Below, piece after piece: positions 51,417 to 62,016 of a stretch of DNA of 64,000 nt. Every line of letters begins with the position of its first letter. Position 1 is the stretch's first letter. The DNA is from Candidatus Aenigmatarchaeota archaeon (lineage in GTDB: Archaea > Aenigmatarchaeota > Aenigmatarchaeia > QMZP01 > QMZT01), in the NCBI GenBank assembly GCA_963726265.1, contig CAVSBQ010000002.1, positions 160,001 to 224,000 of the forward strand, read 5' to 3'. Under the pieces are notes generated by a model. It made no database searches. It had not been told where the DNA came from and saw nothing but the letters and a program-made list of their open reading frames with translations. The translations under genes and the position numbers were made by a program.

Positions 51417-51939
51417 AAAGAGAGTGAAGGAAGCCGGAGATAATGTCAGGTCCTACCTGGAAGAAGGCCTGCTCAGAAAAACGGCCGTGAACAGGCAGGT
51501 AATGGACATTCTGATAAAAAACGCTAGGGAAAGCCTGAGGGTAGCGGAAGAAATCCGGCAAAAAAATCTGTCGGATTTGTGGGTTATCGTATGCTCGTAT
51601 TATGCAATGTTTTATTACGCAAATGCCGTTCTCCTGAAACTCGGCTACAAGATGGGGGACAAGATTGTCCACAAGGTGACTTCGGACTCGATGATTGTCT
51701 ATGTCAGAGGGAAGCTGAAGGAGTCTCTGATAGAAGATTACGAGCAGACAAAGGAAGAAGCGCTAAACCTTGCCGGCATGAAAGCGGACTCGCTGATTGA
51801 ATCATTCGAGTTTGAAAGGAACAAACGAAGATTAATCCAGTATAAAACCATAGAAGTCGAGAAGCAATCCAAAGCCAAAACGTCGCTGCAGAGAGCTAAG
51901 GAATTTGCAAAGGAAATGGATAAATTGCTTGCTGTATAA
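51406..51939 (+). CDS. HEPN domain protein (toxin-like)
   Basis: SYYAMFYYANAVL, KIVH and RRLIQY motifs; overlaps the MNT gene. Confidence 0.85.
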   Translation: MLDEKRVKEAGDNVRSYLEEGLLRKTAVNRQVMDILIKNARESLRVAEEIRQKNLSDLWVIVCSYYAMFYYANAVLLKLGYKMGDKIVHKVTSDSMIVYVRGKLKESLIEDYEQTKEEALNLAGMKADSLIESFEFERNKRRLIQYKTIEVEKQSKAKTSLQRAKEFAKEMDKLLAV

Positions 51940-51978
51940 ATTATGGCAACAATAATTATAATGAAGAATGGTGGCTGA

Positions 51979-53190
51979 ATGGGCTTGAACGTCGAAAAGA
52001 TACGGCAGGATTTCCCAATCCTGCAGAAGACTGTAAACAACAAGCCGATAATTTACCTAGATAATGCGTGTATGACCCTCCGTCCAGTGCAGGTCATCGA
52101 CAAGATAAGGGAATATTATCTCGAATACCCCGCCTGCGGAGAACGAAGTCTCCACAAGCTCGGCAGGCGCGTCGACGAGGAAATCGCCAAGGCAAAGGAG
52201 ACGCTGAAGAAGTTAATCAACGCGAAGGATGCGAAAGAGCTCGTTCTCACCAAGAACACGACCGAGGGCATAAACCTGGTCGCCAGTTCGTTTCCGCTCA
52301 AAGCGGGCGACATCGTGCTCGGCACGGACAAGGAGCATAACTCCAACCTGCTTCCCTGGCAGAAGCTCGCTGCAAAAGGCGTGGTTTACGATTATGTCGA
52401 AGCTGATGATGACGGCAGTTTTTCAATCGAGAACTTCAAACGGAAACTCAACAAAAAGGTCAGGCTTGTCGCAATGGTCATGACGTCCAACATGGACGGG
52501 ACCAGCACACCAGCGAAGGAAATCATAAAAATAGCGAAGGACAACGGCTCGCTCGTCATGCTCGACGCTGCGCAGGCGGTGCCGCACAAGGAAATCGACG
52601 TCAGAAAGCTCGACGCTGACTTCCTTGCCTTTTCAGGTCACAAGATGCTCGGCCCGACAGGAACGGGCATTCTATACGGCAAGGAGCGCGCGCTTGAAAT
52701 GCTTTCCCCTTTCATCGTCGGCGGCGGAACCGTCATCGACTCGACGCATACCACAGCGAAGTTCGAGGAGCCGCCCCACAAGTTCGAGGCAGGGCTTCAG
52801 AACTACGCTGGTTTAATCGGCCTCGGAGAGGCAGCGAACTACATAACGAGGATTGGCAGGGATAACGTGGAGAAACATGAAACCATGCTCAACAAGATCG
52901 TGACCGAAGGCCTCGCTGGCATGGTTGACGTGATCGGACCGAAAGACGCGGAAAAGCGCGGAGGCATCTTCAGCTTCAACTACCGCGGCGTCGATCCTCA
53001 CGAGATCGCGATGATGCTGGATCAGATGGAGAACATATGCGTCCGCTCGGGCGCGCACTGCGTCCACTCCTGGTTCAACGCGCACAACCTGCGCGGCAGC
53101 GTGCGCGCTTCTTTCTACCTCTACAACACGCCGGAAGAATGCAGACAGTTCGTTGAAACGCTCAAAATGGTAATGAAAATCGTGAAATAG
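51979..53190 (+). CDS. sufS: SufS-like cysteine desulfurase
   Basis: YLDNA, NTTEGIN, EHNSN, DAAQ, SGHKMLGPTG and RSGAHC motifs. Confidence 0.9.
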   Translation: MGLNVEKIRQDFPILQKTVNNKPIIYLDNACMTLRPVQVIDKIREYYLEYPACGERSLHKLGRRVDEEIAKAKETLKKLINAKDAKELVLTKNTTEGINLVASSFPLKAGDIVLGTDKEHNSNLLPWQKLAAKGVVYDYVEADDDGSFSIENFKRKLNKKVRLVAMVMTSNMDGTSTPAKEIIKIAKDNGSLVMLDAAQAVPHKEIDVRKLDADFLAFSGHKMLGPTGTGILYGKERALEMLSPFIVGGGTVIDSTHTTAKFEEPPHKFEAGLQNYAGLIGLGEAANYITRIGRDNVEKHETMLNKIVTEGLAGMVDVIGPKDAEKRGGIFSFNYRGVDPHEIAMMLDQMENICVRSGAHCVHSWFNAHNLRGSVRASFYLYNTPEECRQFVETLKMVMKIVK

Positions 53191-53356
53191 CGAACGCCTG
53201 TCAAAACGATTTAAACTACGGAAACAAGATTTATTCAGGTAACCAAAATATGGAAACCCCTCCCGTGAAATACGTAAGGATATTGCTTAAATAGCGCAAA
53301 GGCAATTGCTGGTTTTGCGTTTTCGCGCAAAGGTATTTATATAACAGTGTTATATA

Positions 53357-54545
53357 ATGTCTATGAAAATTTCTCGTATTGTCTACCTGGACAACGGCAA
53401 GACGACGAAAGTCGACGCTGCTGTCCTCGAGGAGATGAAAAAATATTTTGTCCAGCATTACGGCTCGCCTTCAGCGACGGAATACGGCCATTCCTTCGGG
53501 CTGAAGACGAGGGAGGCGGTAGATAAGGCGAAAACGGTCATCGCGAAAAAAATCAACGCTGACCCCTCCGAAATCGTCTTCACCTCGGGCGAGGTCGAGA
53601 ATGACAACCTCGCGATAAAGGGCTTCTGCTTCGCGCAGGATCTGGGCAAAGGCAAAAACCGCATAATCACCACTAAAATCGAGCGCAAACCCGTTCTCGA
53701 CGTTTTCAAAATGCTCGAGTCCATGGGCTGCTACGAAGCCGTCTATGCGGACGTTGACGGTGAGGGCTTCGTGAAGATGGACGCACTGGAAAAGGCGATG
53801 AACGAGAAGACGCTGCTCGTCGCGGTGCAGCACGCAAATCAGGAAATCGGGACGCTCCAGGACATCGCGCGCATAGGCGGGCTGTGCAGGCGGAAGAACG
53901 CGATTTTTTACGTTGACGCGACGCAATCGTTCACGAAGGCGCCGATAGACGTAAAGAAGATGAACATCGATTTGCTTTCGGTTTCTTCGGACAAGATACA
54001 TGGGCCGAAGGGCGTGGGAGCGCTTTATGTCAGGAACGGCATACGCCTCCAGCGCCTGTTCGAGGGCGGAGAAGCGGACGAGGCAAGGCCGGCTGGGATT
54101 CCCAACGTGCCCGGCATAATGGGCTTCGCGAAGGCGGTCGGGCTCGCGAACGAGAAGCAGAACGCGCAGATGCTTAAGATGAGAGACTATCTCATAACGG
54201 AGCTGCTCAAAATACCCGACACGCGGCTGAACGGTCCGAGGAGCGAACGCCTCTGCAGCAGCGTCAACGTTTCGTTCAAGTTCATCGAGGGCGAAAGCCT
54301 GCTCATGCATCTAGACGCGAAAGGGATAGTCGCGACGACGGGCTCCGCATGCTTCAGCATCGAACCTCCAGCCCAGCCATGTCATACTCGCGCTCGGCCT
54401 GGCGCACGAGGACGCGCACGGCTCGCTGCGGTTGACGCTATCGAAGTTCAACACCATGCAGGAAATGCGCTACGTCGTGGCTTCGGCGAAGGAAATGGTC
54501 ATGCGCCTGCGCGAGATAAGCCCGTTCAGCGCAACTAAAGGATAG
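53357..54545 (+). CDS. iscS: IscS/NifS-like cysteine desulfurase with a 1-nt frameshift near 54359
   Basis: YLDN, KIHGPKG and TGSAC motifs; the shifted frame continues NLQPSHVI..AHGSLRLT..LREISP. Confidence 0.85.
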
Positions 54546-54588
54546 ATAAAAATAAAGCCAATAATAGTATAATGGCAAGGTTTTTCTT

Positions 54589-55641
54589 ATGAAAAATTCG
54601 AAGGGGAAGGAACATGCGTGTGCTGCCTGCGCCGCTGAAGCGAAAAAATGGTATAAGGAAAGGGTATTCATAATTTTAGCGTTCGCGGCGGCCTTGCTGG
54701 CTGCGGCTTACGCGTTCGAAGCGACAAGGCCGTTCACCGTCGCCTTCTTCGACTACATCGGGATGATATGGTGGGCGCTGCTGCTGGGCTTCCTGCTCGG
54801 CGGCCTGATCGAATACTACGTACCGAAGGAATACATCCAGAAATATTTTTCAGTCCACAAGAAGAGGACGATATTCTACTCGGTCGGCCTGGGATTCCTG
54901 ATGTCTGCCTGTTCGCATGGCATACTGGCGATATCCATGGAGCTTTACAGGAAGGGCGCTTCGACGGCGTCTGTAATCGCGTTCCTGCTCGCTTCGCCGT
55001 GGGCCAACCTTCCCGTCACCATCCTGCTGTTCGGCTTCTTCGGGCTCAAGGCCCTTTACATCGTGATATCCGCGATAATAATAGCGATAATAACCGGCCT
55101 TATTTACCAGGTCCTGGACAGGAGATGCATAATCGAATGCAAGAGCCACAACCTGAAGGTCGACGAGAAGTTCTCGGTCAGAGGCGATATAAGCAGGAGA
55201 TTCGGAGGCTACAAGTTCACCGCGGCCAACCTGAAAACCGACTTCAAAGGGGTCATGAAAGGCTCGTGGGCGCTCACCAAAATGATCATGTGGTGGATAA
55301 TACTGGGCATGCTCATGGCCAGCTTCGCGCGCGCGTTCGTGACGCACGAGCTGTTCATGATGTATCTCGGCCCGACCGTTCTCGGCATGGCCTTGACGCT
55401 TGTCGTGGCGGCGGTGATAGAAGTATGCTCCGAAGGCTCGTCGCCGCTCGCCTTCGAGATATTCAAGCAAACAGGCGCCTTCGGCAACGCCTTCGTCTTC
55501 CTGAACGGGGGCGTCGCCACGGACTACACTGAAATCGGCATCATATGGTCCAACATAGGGAAGCGCGCGGCCATTCTGCTGCCCATAATCACGGTGCCGC
55601 AGATACTGCTTCTCGGATACGTGTTCAACGTGTTTTTATAG
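54589..55641 (+). CDS. DUF318/ArsP-like permease
   Basis: Multi-TM; ACSHG, AFLLASP and VCSEGS motifs. Confidence 0.82.
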   Translation: MKNSKGKEHACAACAAEAKKWYKERVFIILAFAAALLAAAYAFEATRPFTVAFFDYIGMIWWALLLGFLLGGLIEYYVPKEYIQKYFSVHKKRTIFYSVGLGFLMSACSHGILAISMELYRKGASTASVIAFLLASPWANLPVTILLFGFFGLKALYIVISAIIIAIITGLIYQVLDRRCIIECKSHNLKVDEKFSVRGDISRRFGGYKFTAANLKTDFKGVMKGSWALTKMIMWWIILGMLMASFARAFVTHELFMMYLGPTVLGMALTLVVAAVIEVCSEGSSPLAFEIFKQTGAFGNAFVFLNGGVATDYTEIGIIWSNIGKRAAILLPIITVPQILLLGYVFNVFL

Positions 55642-55748
55642 AACTTTTTATAGAGCCTTTTGCTATGCTGCAGCGCACCAAAGAAAGCTTTATAAAGCCA
55701 ATTATTTAACACTTATTAGTAGTAATTATTTAATAATAAGTGGCTCTT

Positions 55749-56123
55749 ATGAAGAAAGGAACTGACATGATGATAGCAAGCGGGGTTCTGATGTGCGCAG
55801 TTATAGCCACGCTTTTTTATTCCATAAACCAGCCGACCGGCTACATGAGCGCGGCGCCTGCGGATGAAAGGACGGATGCGTTCGTCAGCTGCGTTTACGA
55901 GAGCGGCGCGACGCTTTACCTTTCGGACAGCTGCGGCCCGGAGTGCGAAGAGCAGAAGGCGCTTTTCGGCGACAGCTTCGGGACAGTGAAAATCATTTTC
56001 TGCGAAGGCGCATGCGCCAGGAGCGACGTGACGAAATTCCCCACGTGGATGATAGACGGCGGGAAATACGAGGGCGTTCTCTCCCTGGATGAGCTGGGCC
56101 AGCTGACGGGCTGCAAATTGTAA
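55749..56123 (+). CDS. Small exported thioredoxin-like protein
   Basis: TM segment, C.PECEEQKALFG, FPTWMIDG and LTGC. Confidence 0.72.
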   Translation: MKKGTDMMIASGVLMCAVIATLFYSINQPTGYMSAAPADERTDAFVSCVYESGATLYLSDSCGPECEEQKALFGDSFGTVKIIFCEGACARSDVTKFPTWMIDGGKYEGVLSLDELGQLTGCKL

Positions 56124-56186
56124 GCCGGCGCATGCCTGCATCCTGCTTTTTCCAGACATTTATTAATTTGTCGGACAATTATTCTT

Positions 56187-56585
56187 ATGGTCAAAAGCTA
56201 CGCGCGCGGCAGGCGCTTCGAATACCACGTCGTCGACAAGCTTGCGAAAAGCGGCATAAATAGCAGGCGCATCATCCTTTCGGGCCGCCAGCCGGCATGG
56301 GGCCAGCAGCCGGTTTCTGACATTCCCAACTGCGACATAATCGTCGAGGGAAAATTCAAGGGCAAGGCCAAGACGACGAAGGCGAAGAAATACGTCTCGT
56401 TCCCGGAGAAGGAGATACTCGAGCTCGAGAAAGGCGACATAAACTTCCTTGTTTTCAATTATTCGAGAACGAATCCGTTCGTCGTGATACGCTTCGAGGA
56501 TTTCGTCGAGCTGGTGAAGATGTGGAAAGAGAAAGACAAAGCCGGGACCACCCAGGCTAGTCAACCTTCTTCTCAATCTCCATGA
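56187..56585 (+). CDS. Hjc-like PD-(D/E)xK nuclease
   Basis: YARGRRFE, SG, PNCDIIVEGK and VVIRFEDF patterns. Confidence 0.7.
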   Translation: MVKSYARGRRFEYHVVDKLAKSGINSRRIILSGRQPAWGQQPVSDIPNCDIIVEGKFKGKAKTTKAKKYVSFPEKEILELEKGDINFLVFNYSRTNPFVVIRFEDFVELVKMWKEKDKAGTTQASQPSSQSP

Positions 56586-57297
56586 TCCTTCTGAGATAGT
56601 CCTCCTTCAGCATGCCCAAGGATTCTGACATCGCCTTCTCCTTCGGGTCGGCGCATTCCCTCATCCTGGCAAGCATCCTGTTTATGTCAACCACATGATT
56701 CTCGCATATGGCCGTTTCCAGCCTGCGCACATACGGAACCGGGTACGCCTTGTGCGCCCATATGTCGTCAAGCATCCCGTCCGTCTTCGGGTCGCTGCCT
56801 ACCACGTATTCGTCGACATCGACCGTGAAGGCGTATTTTTTCGCCAGCTTCTTCGCCTTCCCCAGGATGTAGAAGTTGTAAATCTCGAAAAACCTGGACA
56901 CGACCCTGAATCTGCTTATCACGAAACCGATGACTATCACGAAGAATATGTAGTAGTTTATGAACAGGAACGAGTATATCAGCGCAACGAGCGACGGCAG
57001 TATCCATACGAGAAAGAAGGTCGAGCCCAGGGTCCACAGCGCAAGCACCAGGTAAGGGACTAAATAAACCCTTATGACCCTTATGGGCTGGGCAATCTCC
57101 CTGTAGTTCCTGAAGAAATAATGCGCGACAACGAGGCTGGAAGCGCAGTAAAAGATGCTGAGCCCGAAGAAGCTGAAGGACTCGAATTTCGCGAAGTCGA
57201 AGAAGAATATCCCTGCCGCGAGCGAGAAGACGGCCATGGAGAAAAAAAGATAATGAAATGTTTTCAGGTAATATATACTCACGTAAATTCTTTGCAT
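56557..57297 (-). CDS. Hypothetical membrane protein
   Basis: About four N-terminal TM segments. Confidence 0.7.
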   Translation of the reverse strand: MQRIYVSIYYLKTFHYLFFSMAVFSLAAGIFFFDFAKFESFSFFGLSIFYCASSLVVAHYFFRNYREIAQPIRVIRVYLVPYLVLALWTLGSTFFLVWILPSLVALIYSFLFINYYIFFVIVIGFVISRFRVVSRFFEIYNFYILGKAKKLAKKYAFTVDVDEYVVGSDPKTDGMLDDIWAHKAYPVPYVRRLETAICENHVVDINRMLARMRECADPKEKAMSESLGMLKEDYLRRIMEIEKKVD

Positions 57298-57306
57298 GGC
57301 AACCCT

Positions 57307-57816
57307 TCATCCTCCGCCGAAGACGGCGAGGACCCACTGCATCCCGTAATAGCCGCCCAATGCAAGGGAAAGATTGAGGATGAGCTTTCCCGCAAGAGAG
57401 GCGATGAAAAACTTGCGTATGTCGTATTTTATCGCGCCGCAGAATATGCCTACCACGTCGTCCGGGAGCGGCGTCGCGGCGAATATCACTATGACCGTGA
57501 ACGCCCTGTATTTCTCCATCCACGCGTTCGCCCTCTTCAGCCATTTGTCGTGCTTCTTCTCAAGCGCCTTCTTGCCAGCGAGGCCTATGCCATACCCCGT
57601 GAGCTCGCCGAGAGCGCAGCCCAGCGCAGCGGAAACGCCGACCAGCCAGGGATTTAGGACCGCGCCAAAGGTGAAGACGATTATGAACGAGGGGAAGGGC
57701 AAGATGACCGTCGCCGAGCCGATTAGGTTTATTATGAATATGCCCAGATAGCCCCACGCGGAGGCGACGGAACTGGACCATGCGGAAAACGCGGCGAGGA
57801 GCGAAGCGAAATCCAT
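57307..57816 (-). CDS. DedA/VTT family membrane protein
   Basis: LPFP, GCALGELTGYGIG, ATPLPDD and GK motifs. Confidence 0.88.
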   Translation of the reverse strand: MDFASLLAAFSAWSSSVASAWGYLGIFIINLIGSATVILPFPSFIIVFTFGAVLNPWLVGVSAALGCALGELTGYGIGLAGKKALEKKHDKWLKRANAWMEKYRAFTVIVIFAATPLPDDVVGIFCGAIKYDIRKFFIASLAGKLILNLSLALGGYYGMQWVLAVFGGG

Positions 57817-57849
57817 GTAAAATATTTATCCTGAAGTTAATATAATACA

Positions 57850-58122
57850 ATGAGCTACGGCAAGTCGCCCTGGATAGCGGCCTTCATGAACTTCGTGGTC
57901 TGGGGTTCGGGCTACATATACATAAGGCACAGGATGGTGCTTGGCGCGGGCCTGCTGCTGGTCATGTTTTTCAACGTGTCGATACTGCTGACCATCCCGG
58001 ACGTCATTATTCTCAGCAGCTCGGAGCTTTTCTTCCTATGGATTTCCTTTTTCTGGGTCGCCCTGAGCGTGCTTTTCGCGATAGACGTATACAGGGAAAC
58101 GCAGGAGCTTAACAGGATTTGA
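57850..58122 (+). CDS. Small membrane protein
   Basis: KSPWIAAFMNFVVWGSGYIY pattern. Confidence 0.7.
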   Translation: MSYGKSPWIAAFMNFVVWGSGYIYIRHRMVLGAGLLLVMFFNVSILLTIPDVIILSSSELFFLWISFFWVALSVLFAIDVYRETQELNRI

Positions 58123-58419
58123 AAGCGGCGAGGGGGAATGCGAATTTTCTGCCCAATATTTATATGAATATACTATTCCAGGCTACCCCGTCCGGACCCA
58201 CCCCCCTTCCCGGAACATTAACCGTTTGTTGGAACGACCTGAAAATCAACTAATTTTTTACACGGATGTCCTATTTATTCGGTGCATTAAGCAGTTCGCT
58301 GAACGTCATCCTGTCCGGCAGAATCCATGTTATCATTTTTGAGCAGAACGGGGTCGTTTTAACCTATATAAAGTTTCGGCCCGAAAAAATATTTATCGCG
58401 TCACTGCAGCAGGTGCAAA

Positions 58420-58563
58420 ATGGACAAATGGAAATGCAGACGGTGCAATTACATTTTCGTGGGGAACGAAACGCCCAGGATGTGCCCCAACTGCGGTCAC
58501 AAGACGGAGTTCGACCTTTTCGTCGACATGCTGCCGCCTTTCTCGGAATTATACGACGAATAG
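58420..58563 (+). CDS. Rubredoxin-like 47-aa protein, below the ORF-track cutoff
   Basis: Manual translation MDKWKCRRCNYIFVGNETPRMCPNCGHKTEF...; AGGTG upstream. Confidence 0.75.
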   Translation: MDKWKCRRCNYIFVGNETPRMCPNCGHKTEFDLFVDMLPPFSELYDE

Positions 58564-58627
58564 AGGCATTTCTGCAGTAAAAATCAAAGCACGAAAGAAA
58601 ATATAATTTCATTTATGTTTGCTGTGT

Positions 58628-59860
58628 TTAGCCGCACTGCGAAGCCGAACCGCTGCTGGCTGATCCGGATCCAATCGGGCCCAGTCCGGCGGCTTCCGCG
58701 GACGCGCTCAGCTGCGTGTTGCATTCCGCTGGCGGCGTGTTGAAGGCGGCGCATATGGCCTGCTTTATGGCTTCGGGCGATCTGTTGACGCTGACCTCAG
58801 CGCCGTTAAGTATGAACGTCGGCGAGCCGCCGACTCCGTATTGCTCGGCCAGTGCCGCTTCGACCGGGTATGCCGGGTAATTGCCCGTGCTCTCGTTGAA
58901 GGTCTTCCTCACCTGATATTGGGCATCCACAGCGTTGAAGCAGGTGTCAAGCTTCGTGCTGTCCACGCCCGCCACGCCGATGCATCTGGTGGCGTTGCCG
59001 TCCTCGACGAAGCACCTGAGATACTGCGTGAACTTGTCTTTCTGCTCCTTCTGGATGCAATACATCCTCGTGTTCTCAAGCATTTCCTTCTCGCCGTGCA
59101 TCGTGTATTGCACGAAGTTAACCTGGATGTCTGCCTTGCTGCCGAGCAACTCTATCACGGGAACGTATGCCTTCATGAACTGGAGGCCATAAGGACAATA
59201 TGACATTACGAAAGCATTAGCCACTGGCTTGTCGCTCTTCGTGACCTCGGGTGTCGTTTGAGGCTGCGTGATGTCCGCGGGCTGGAGCGTCTTGGCCTGG
59301 TTGCATATGTCCGTGTTCTTGGTGATGAGGCACACCTGCGTCTTGAGCGTGTATTCGCTGTCCATGCCTGTTATGGTGGAAACGTTCTGGTAGACGAGGA
59401 ATATGCCCGGGGTCTGCAGCTGCTGGCTGTAGCCCGTCTTCACGAAGGGGATGTTGAGCGTCTTTGCGACCTCCTTCGCAATGGGCTCCAGTTGGGTGCA
59501 ATTAGCGCAGCCCGGAGGTGAAATGAAAATGAGCTGGTCAGTGGTTTTCGCCATGCCGAAGCCTGCGAGCGAAGTCACCAGAAACCCGGCCGCGAAAAAG
59601 ACCGCGGCTATCGCAACAAGAGTAACGTATTTCATTGCCTTCGGGCTCAGCTTCACCGTTTTCTCATGATGTTCTGCGTGGTGCTCCGAATGCTCGGCAT
59701 GCTCGTGGTGTTCTGCATGGGCATGTTCGGCATGGGCGGCATGCTCGTTGTGCTCGTGATGAGCGTGCTCGTCATTGGCATGGTGCTCCGAATGCTCGGG
59801 ATGCTCAGAATGTTCGGAGTGCGCAGAACCTTCAACTTCGTTGTGGCGTCTCTTTGACAT
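58628..59860 (-). CDS. Membrane-anchored double thioredoxin/DsbA-fold protein with a His-rich N-terminus
   Basis: EHSEH/HAEH repeats, TM helix, CANC, FVMSYCPYG and GSPTFILNG. Confidence 0.82.
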   Translation of the reverse strand: MSKRRHNEVEGSAHSEHSEHPEHSEHHANDEHAHHEHNEHAAHAEHAHAEHHEHAEHSEHHAEHHEKTVKLSPKAMKYVTLVAIAAVFFAAGFLVTSLAGFGMAKTTDQLIFISPPGCANCTQLEPIAKEVAKTLNIPFVKTGYSQQLQTPGIFLVYQNVSTITGMDSEYTLKTQVCLITKNTDICNQAKTLQPADITQPQTTPEVTKSDKPVANAFVMSYCPYGLQFMKAYVPVIELLGSKADIQVNFVQYTMHGEKEMLENTRMYCIQKEQKDKFTQYLRCFVEDGNATRCIGVAGVDSTKLDTCFNAVDAQYQVRKTFNESTGNYPAYPVEAALAEQYGVGGSPTFILNGAEVSVNRSPEAIKQAICAAFNTPPAECNTQLSASAEAAGLGPIGSGSASSGSASQCG

Positions 59861-59990
59861 AGACTTAATTTTGGCTTTGATATTTAAATACTTGACGATT
59901 TGCTGCGGCTTTTCCCTGCTTTCCTTTCTGTTAAATTTGAACGCACTCGTCAGTAGTAACATTTATAAATATTCATTCCAATTCTATTTC

Positions 59991-60380
59991 ATGGGACTTG
60001 AATATTCAGCGAAGGAAAAATATCTGGGCGACCCAAACGACGTAATCATAGTCTTCAGAACACGTGGCGAAGTTAATTCACCAGACGGAGTTAATTTACC
60101 AGGCGGATATCATTGCGCCTTCAGGACTTTAGACACAAAAGCCTTTGACGCTACCTTAGAAATGCTGAGAGGACGAGGAATTCAGATAATCGATGCATTA
60201 ACCTCTCCCAACCGCGAAGCGCTCGATTTCGTTGATAAAGCTGTCCAAAAATATTCAAAAAGATTAAGGGACGCCATTAAAGATTCAGCACCCTCATCTA
60301 AAATTAGAGAAATGGATGACGGGCTGGAAAAAGAACTGACAACAGAACTTCATGAGTCTTCTTGCAAAGTTACTGGCTGA
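59991..60380 (+). CDS. Hypothetical protein
   Basis: AT-richer ORF following a TTTATAAA box. Confidence 0.55.
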   Translation: MGLEYSAKEKYLGDPNDVIIVFRTRGEVNSPDGVNLPGGYHCAFRTLDTKAFDATLEMLRGRGIQIIDALTSPNREALDFVDKAVQKYSKRLRDAIKDSAPSSKIREMDDGLEKELTTELHESSCKVTG

Positions 60381-60801
60381 AATACTTCCCGGCTTCCTCA
60401 GCGGTCATGTAGCTGAATTTTATGACGTCGCCGCTGACGGGATAGTAATAGTCGCATGCTACTGATGGCAGCTTGTCGTTGACGAGGAAAATCCACGTGT
60501 GCTCGCTGTCCTCCTTTATGCCGTTTATGCTCGTTATTTTAACGCTCGGTGCTACCATCCTATAGTCCGGGGTCGCCACCCTCTTGAGCGCGTCGAAGGC
60601 GGTTTCCATCCTGTTCAGCGTGACCTGATACGTTGAAGCCTTTGAGCCGTCGTCTATGACGACCTGGATGCCCTGGCTAGTCTGGCCTGCTGCGGCCGCG
60701 CCGCCGGTGATAGCAAAACCAGTGAACTGCGCAAGCTGTACGCCTGCTCCTATAACCAGAAGAACGGCCATTGCGGCCAGCACCAAAAACTTTGAGTTCA
60801 T
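60370..60801 (-). CDS. Exported DUF4430-like (transcobalamin C-terminal-like) protein
   Basis: Signal/TM segment, TAFDAL, ITSING, WIFLVND and GDVIKF motifs. Confidence 0.78.
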   Translation of the reverse strand: MNSKFLVLAAMAVLLVIGAGVQLAQFTGFAITGGAAAAGQTSQGIQVVIDDGSKASTYQVTLNRMETAFDALKRVATPDYRMVAPSVKITSINGIKEDSEHTWIFLVNDKLPSVACDYYYPVSGDVIKFSYMTAEEAGKYFSQ

Positions 60802-60890
60802 AGAGGAAGGCCCCTGTTTAGTTCTGGTATTTTATCTTTAAATCCGTATGTCACCGGAGAAAAACCTGAGCTGCCAATCGCTTATGCCGT

Positions 60891-61401
60891 CTATCTGTCT
60901 TTCCTTTTGCCCGTGATTTTCCTCTGGCCGGAATATTTGCCCGCGTAGCCTTCGCTCTCGCTGTCCAGCCTCATGAGTATCAGCTGGGCGAATCTCGTGC
61001 CCTTCTTTATTTTCACCGGGCAGCTGTTCGAGTTGAAAACGCTGAGCGTGAGCGTCCCCTTGAAGCCGGGGTCGACCCAGCCCGCGTTGTTGAAGATGAC
61101 GCCGATGCGAGAAAGAGAGCTGCGCAGCTTGGTCATGCCTCCGACGTCGTTCGGCAGTTCGACGTATTCGATGCTTCTGACCAGGACGTGCGTTTTTGGC
61201 GGAAGGACGAGCTCGCCGCCCTTTATCTTATCATATGCCTGCTCCGCGTCGAAATCGATCTCCTTCCCCTTTCAGAATGAGCATTTCGCCGGCAAGCCGC
61301 AGGTCGACCGAAGCGGGCTGGATCTGTTTCTGCTCCAGCGGCTCGATGACCAGCCTGCGCGAGCGCAGGAGCCTCTTTATGGTTTTTCCTGAAAGAATCA
61401 T
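60891..61401 (-). CDS. dcd: dCTP deaminase with a 1-nt frameshift in the C-run at 61266-61269
   Basis: MILSGK..IQPASVDLRL, then RSSLSRIG, AGWVDPGFKG, RFAQL and YAGKY. Confidence 0.85.
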
Positions 61402-61435
61402 GCCATCACTTTCCTGCGTTCCCTTGTGCAGGGCT

Positions 61436-61951
61436 TCAGTATTCGATGCCTTCCTGCGCCGCCTTGCCCTTCGCGTGCGGATGCCTGATTTCCTTCATCT
61501 CCGTGACCAGGTCCGCCTTCTCTATTATTTTCTCGCTCGCCCCCCTTCCCGTGAGGACGAGGTTCATTTCCTCGGGCAGGTCCTCCATCAGCTCCAGTAT
61601 GTCCGCGTCGTCTATGAGGCCTGCGGAGGCAGCGACGTTAGCCTCGTCGAGTATGATGAGATCGGGCCTGTAGCTGCCCGTCATGACTTTCCTGGCATAC
61701 ATGAGCGCCTCGATGGCGCGCTGCTTGTCTTCCTTGGCGGGGTTCTTCAGGTCGACGAAGTTCTCCGTCCCGAACTGCACGATGTCGAGGCCGGGCAGGT
61801 TTTTCTTAATCAGCAGCTCGCCCGTCTTCGTGCCTTTCAGGAACTGCACCACCACGACGCGCTTGTTGTGGCCTAAAAAGCGAAGGGCCATGCCGAACGC
61901 GGCGGAAGTCTTGCCTTTGCCGTTGCCCGTGAACACGCAAACCATTCCCAT
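61436..61951 (-). CDS. cobO: Cob(I)alamin adenosyltransferase (CobA/CobO/BtuR type)
   Basis: TGNGKGKTSAAFG, QFLK, ILDE, LVLTGR and ADLVTEM..HP..GIEY motifs. Confidence 0.92.
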   Translation of the reverse strand: MGMVCVFTGNGKGKTSAAFGMALRFLGHNKRVVVVQFLKGTKTGELLIKKNLPGLDIVQFGTENFVDLKNPAKEDKQRAIEALMYARKVMTGSYRPDLIILDEANVAASAGLIDDADILELMEDLPEEMNLVLTGRGASEKIIEKADLVTEMKEIRHPHAKGKAAQEGIEY

Positions 61952-62016
61952 ACCATCACCCTCTTCCGTATGCCTACACTCCTATTATATATACAGATAT
62001 TATATTCGCGTGTCGC

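Noticed and set aside
58125..58400. ncRNA in the C-rich intergenic stretch
   Set aside because: Only short stems and a ~21-codon minus-strand ORF are present, with no recognisable RNA family features.
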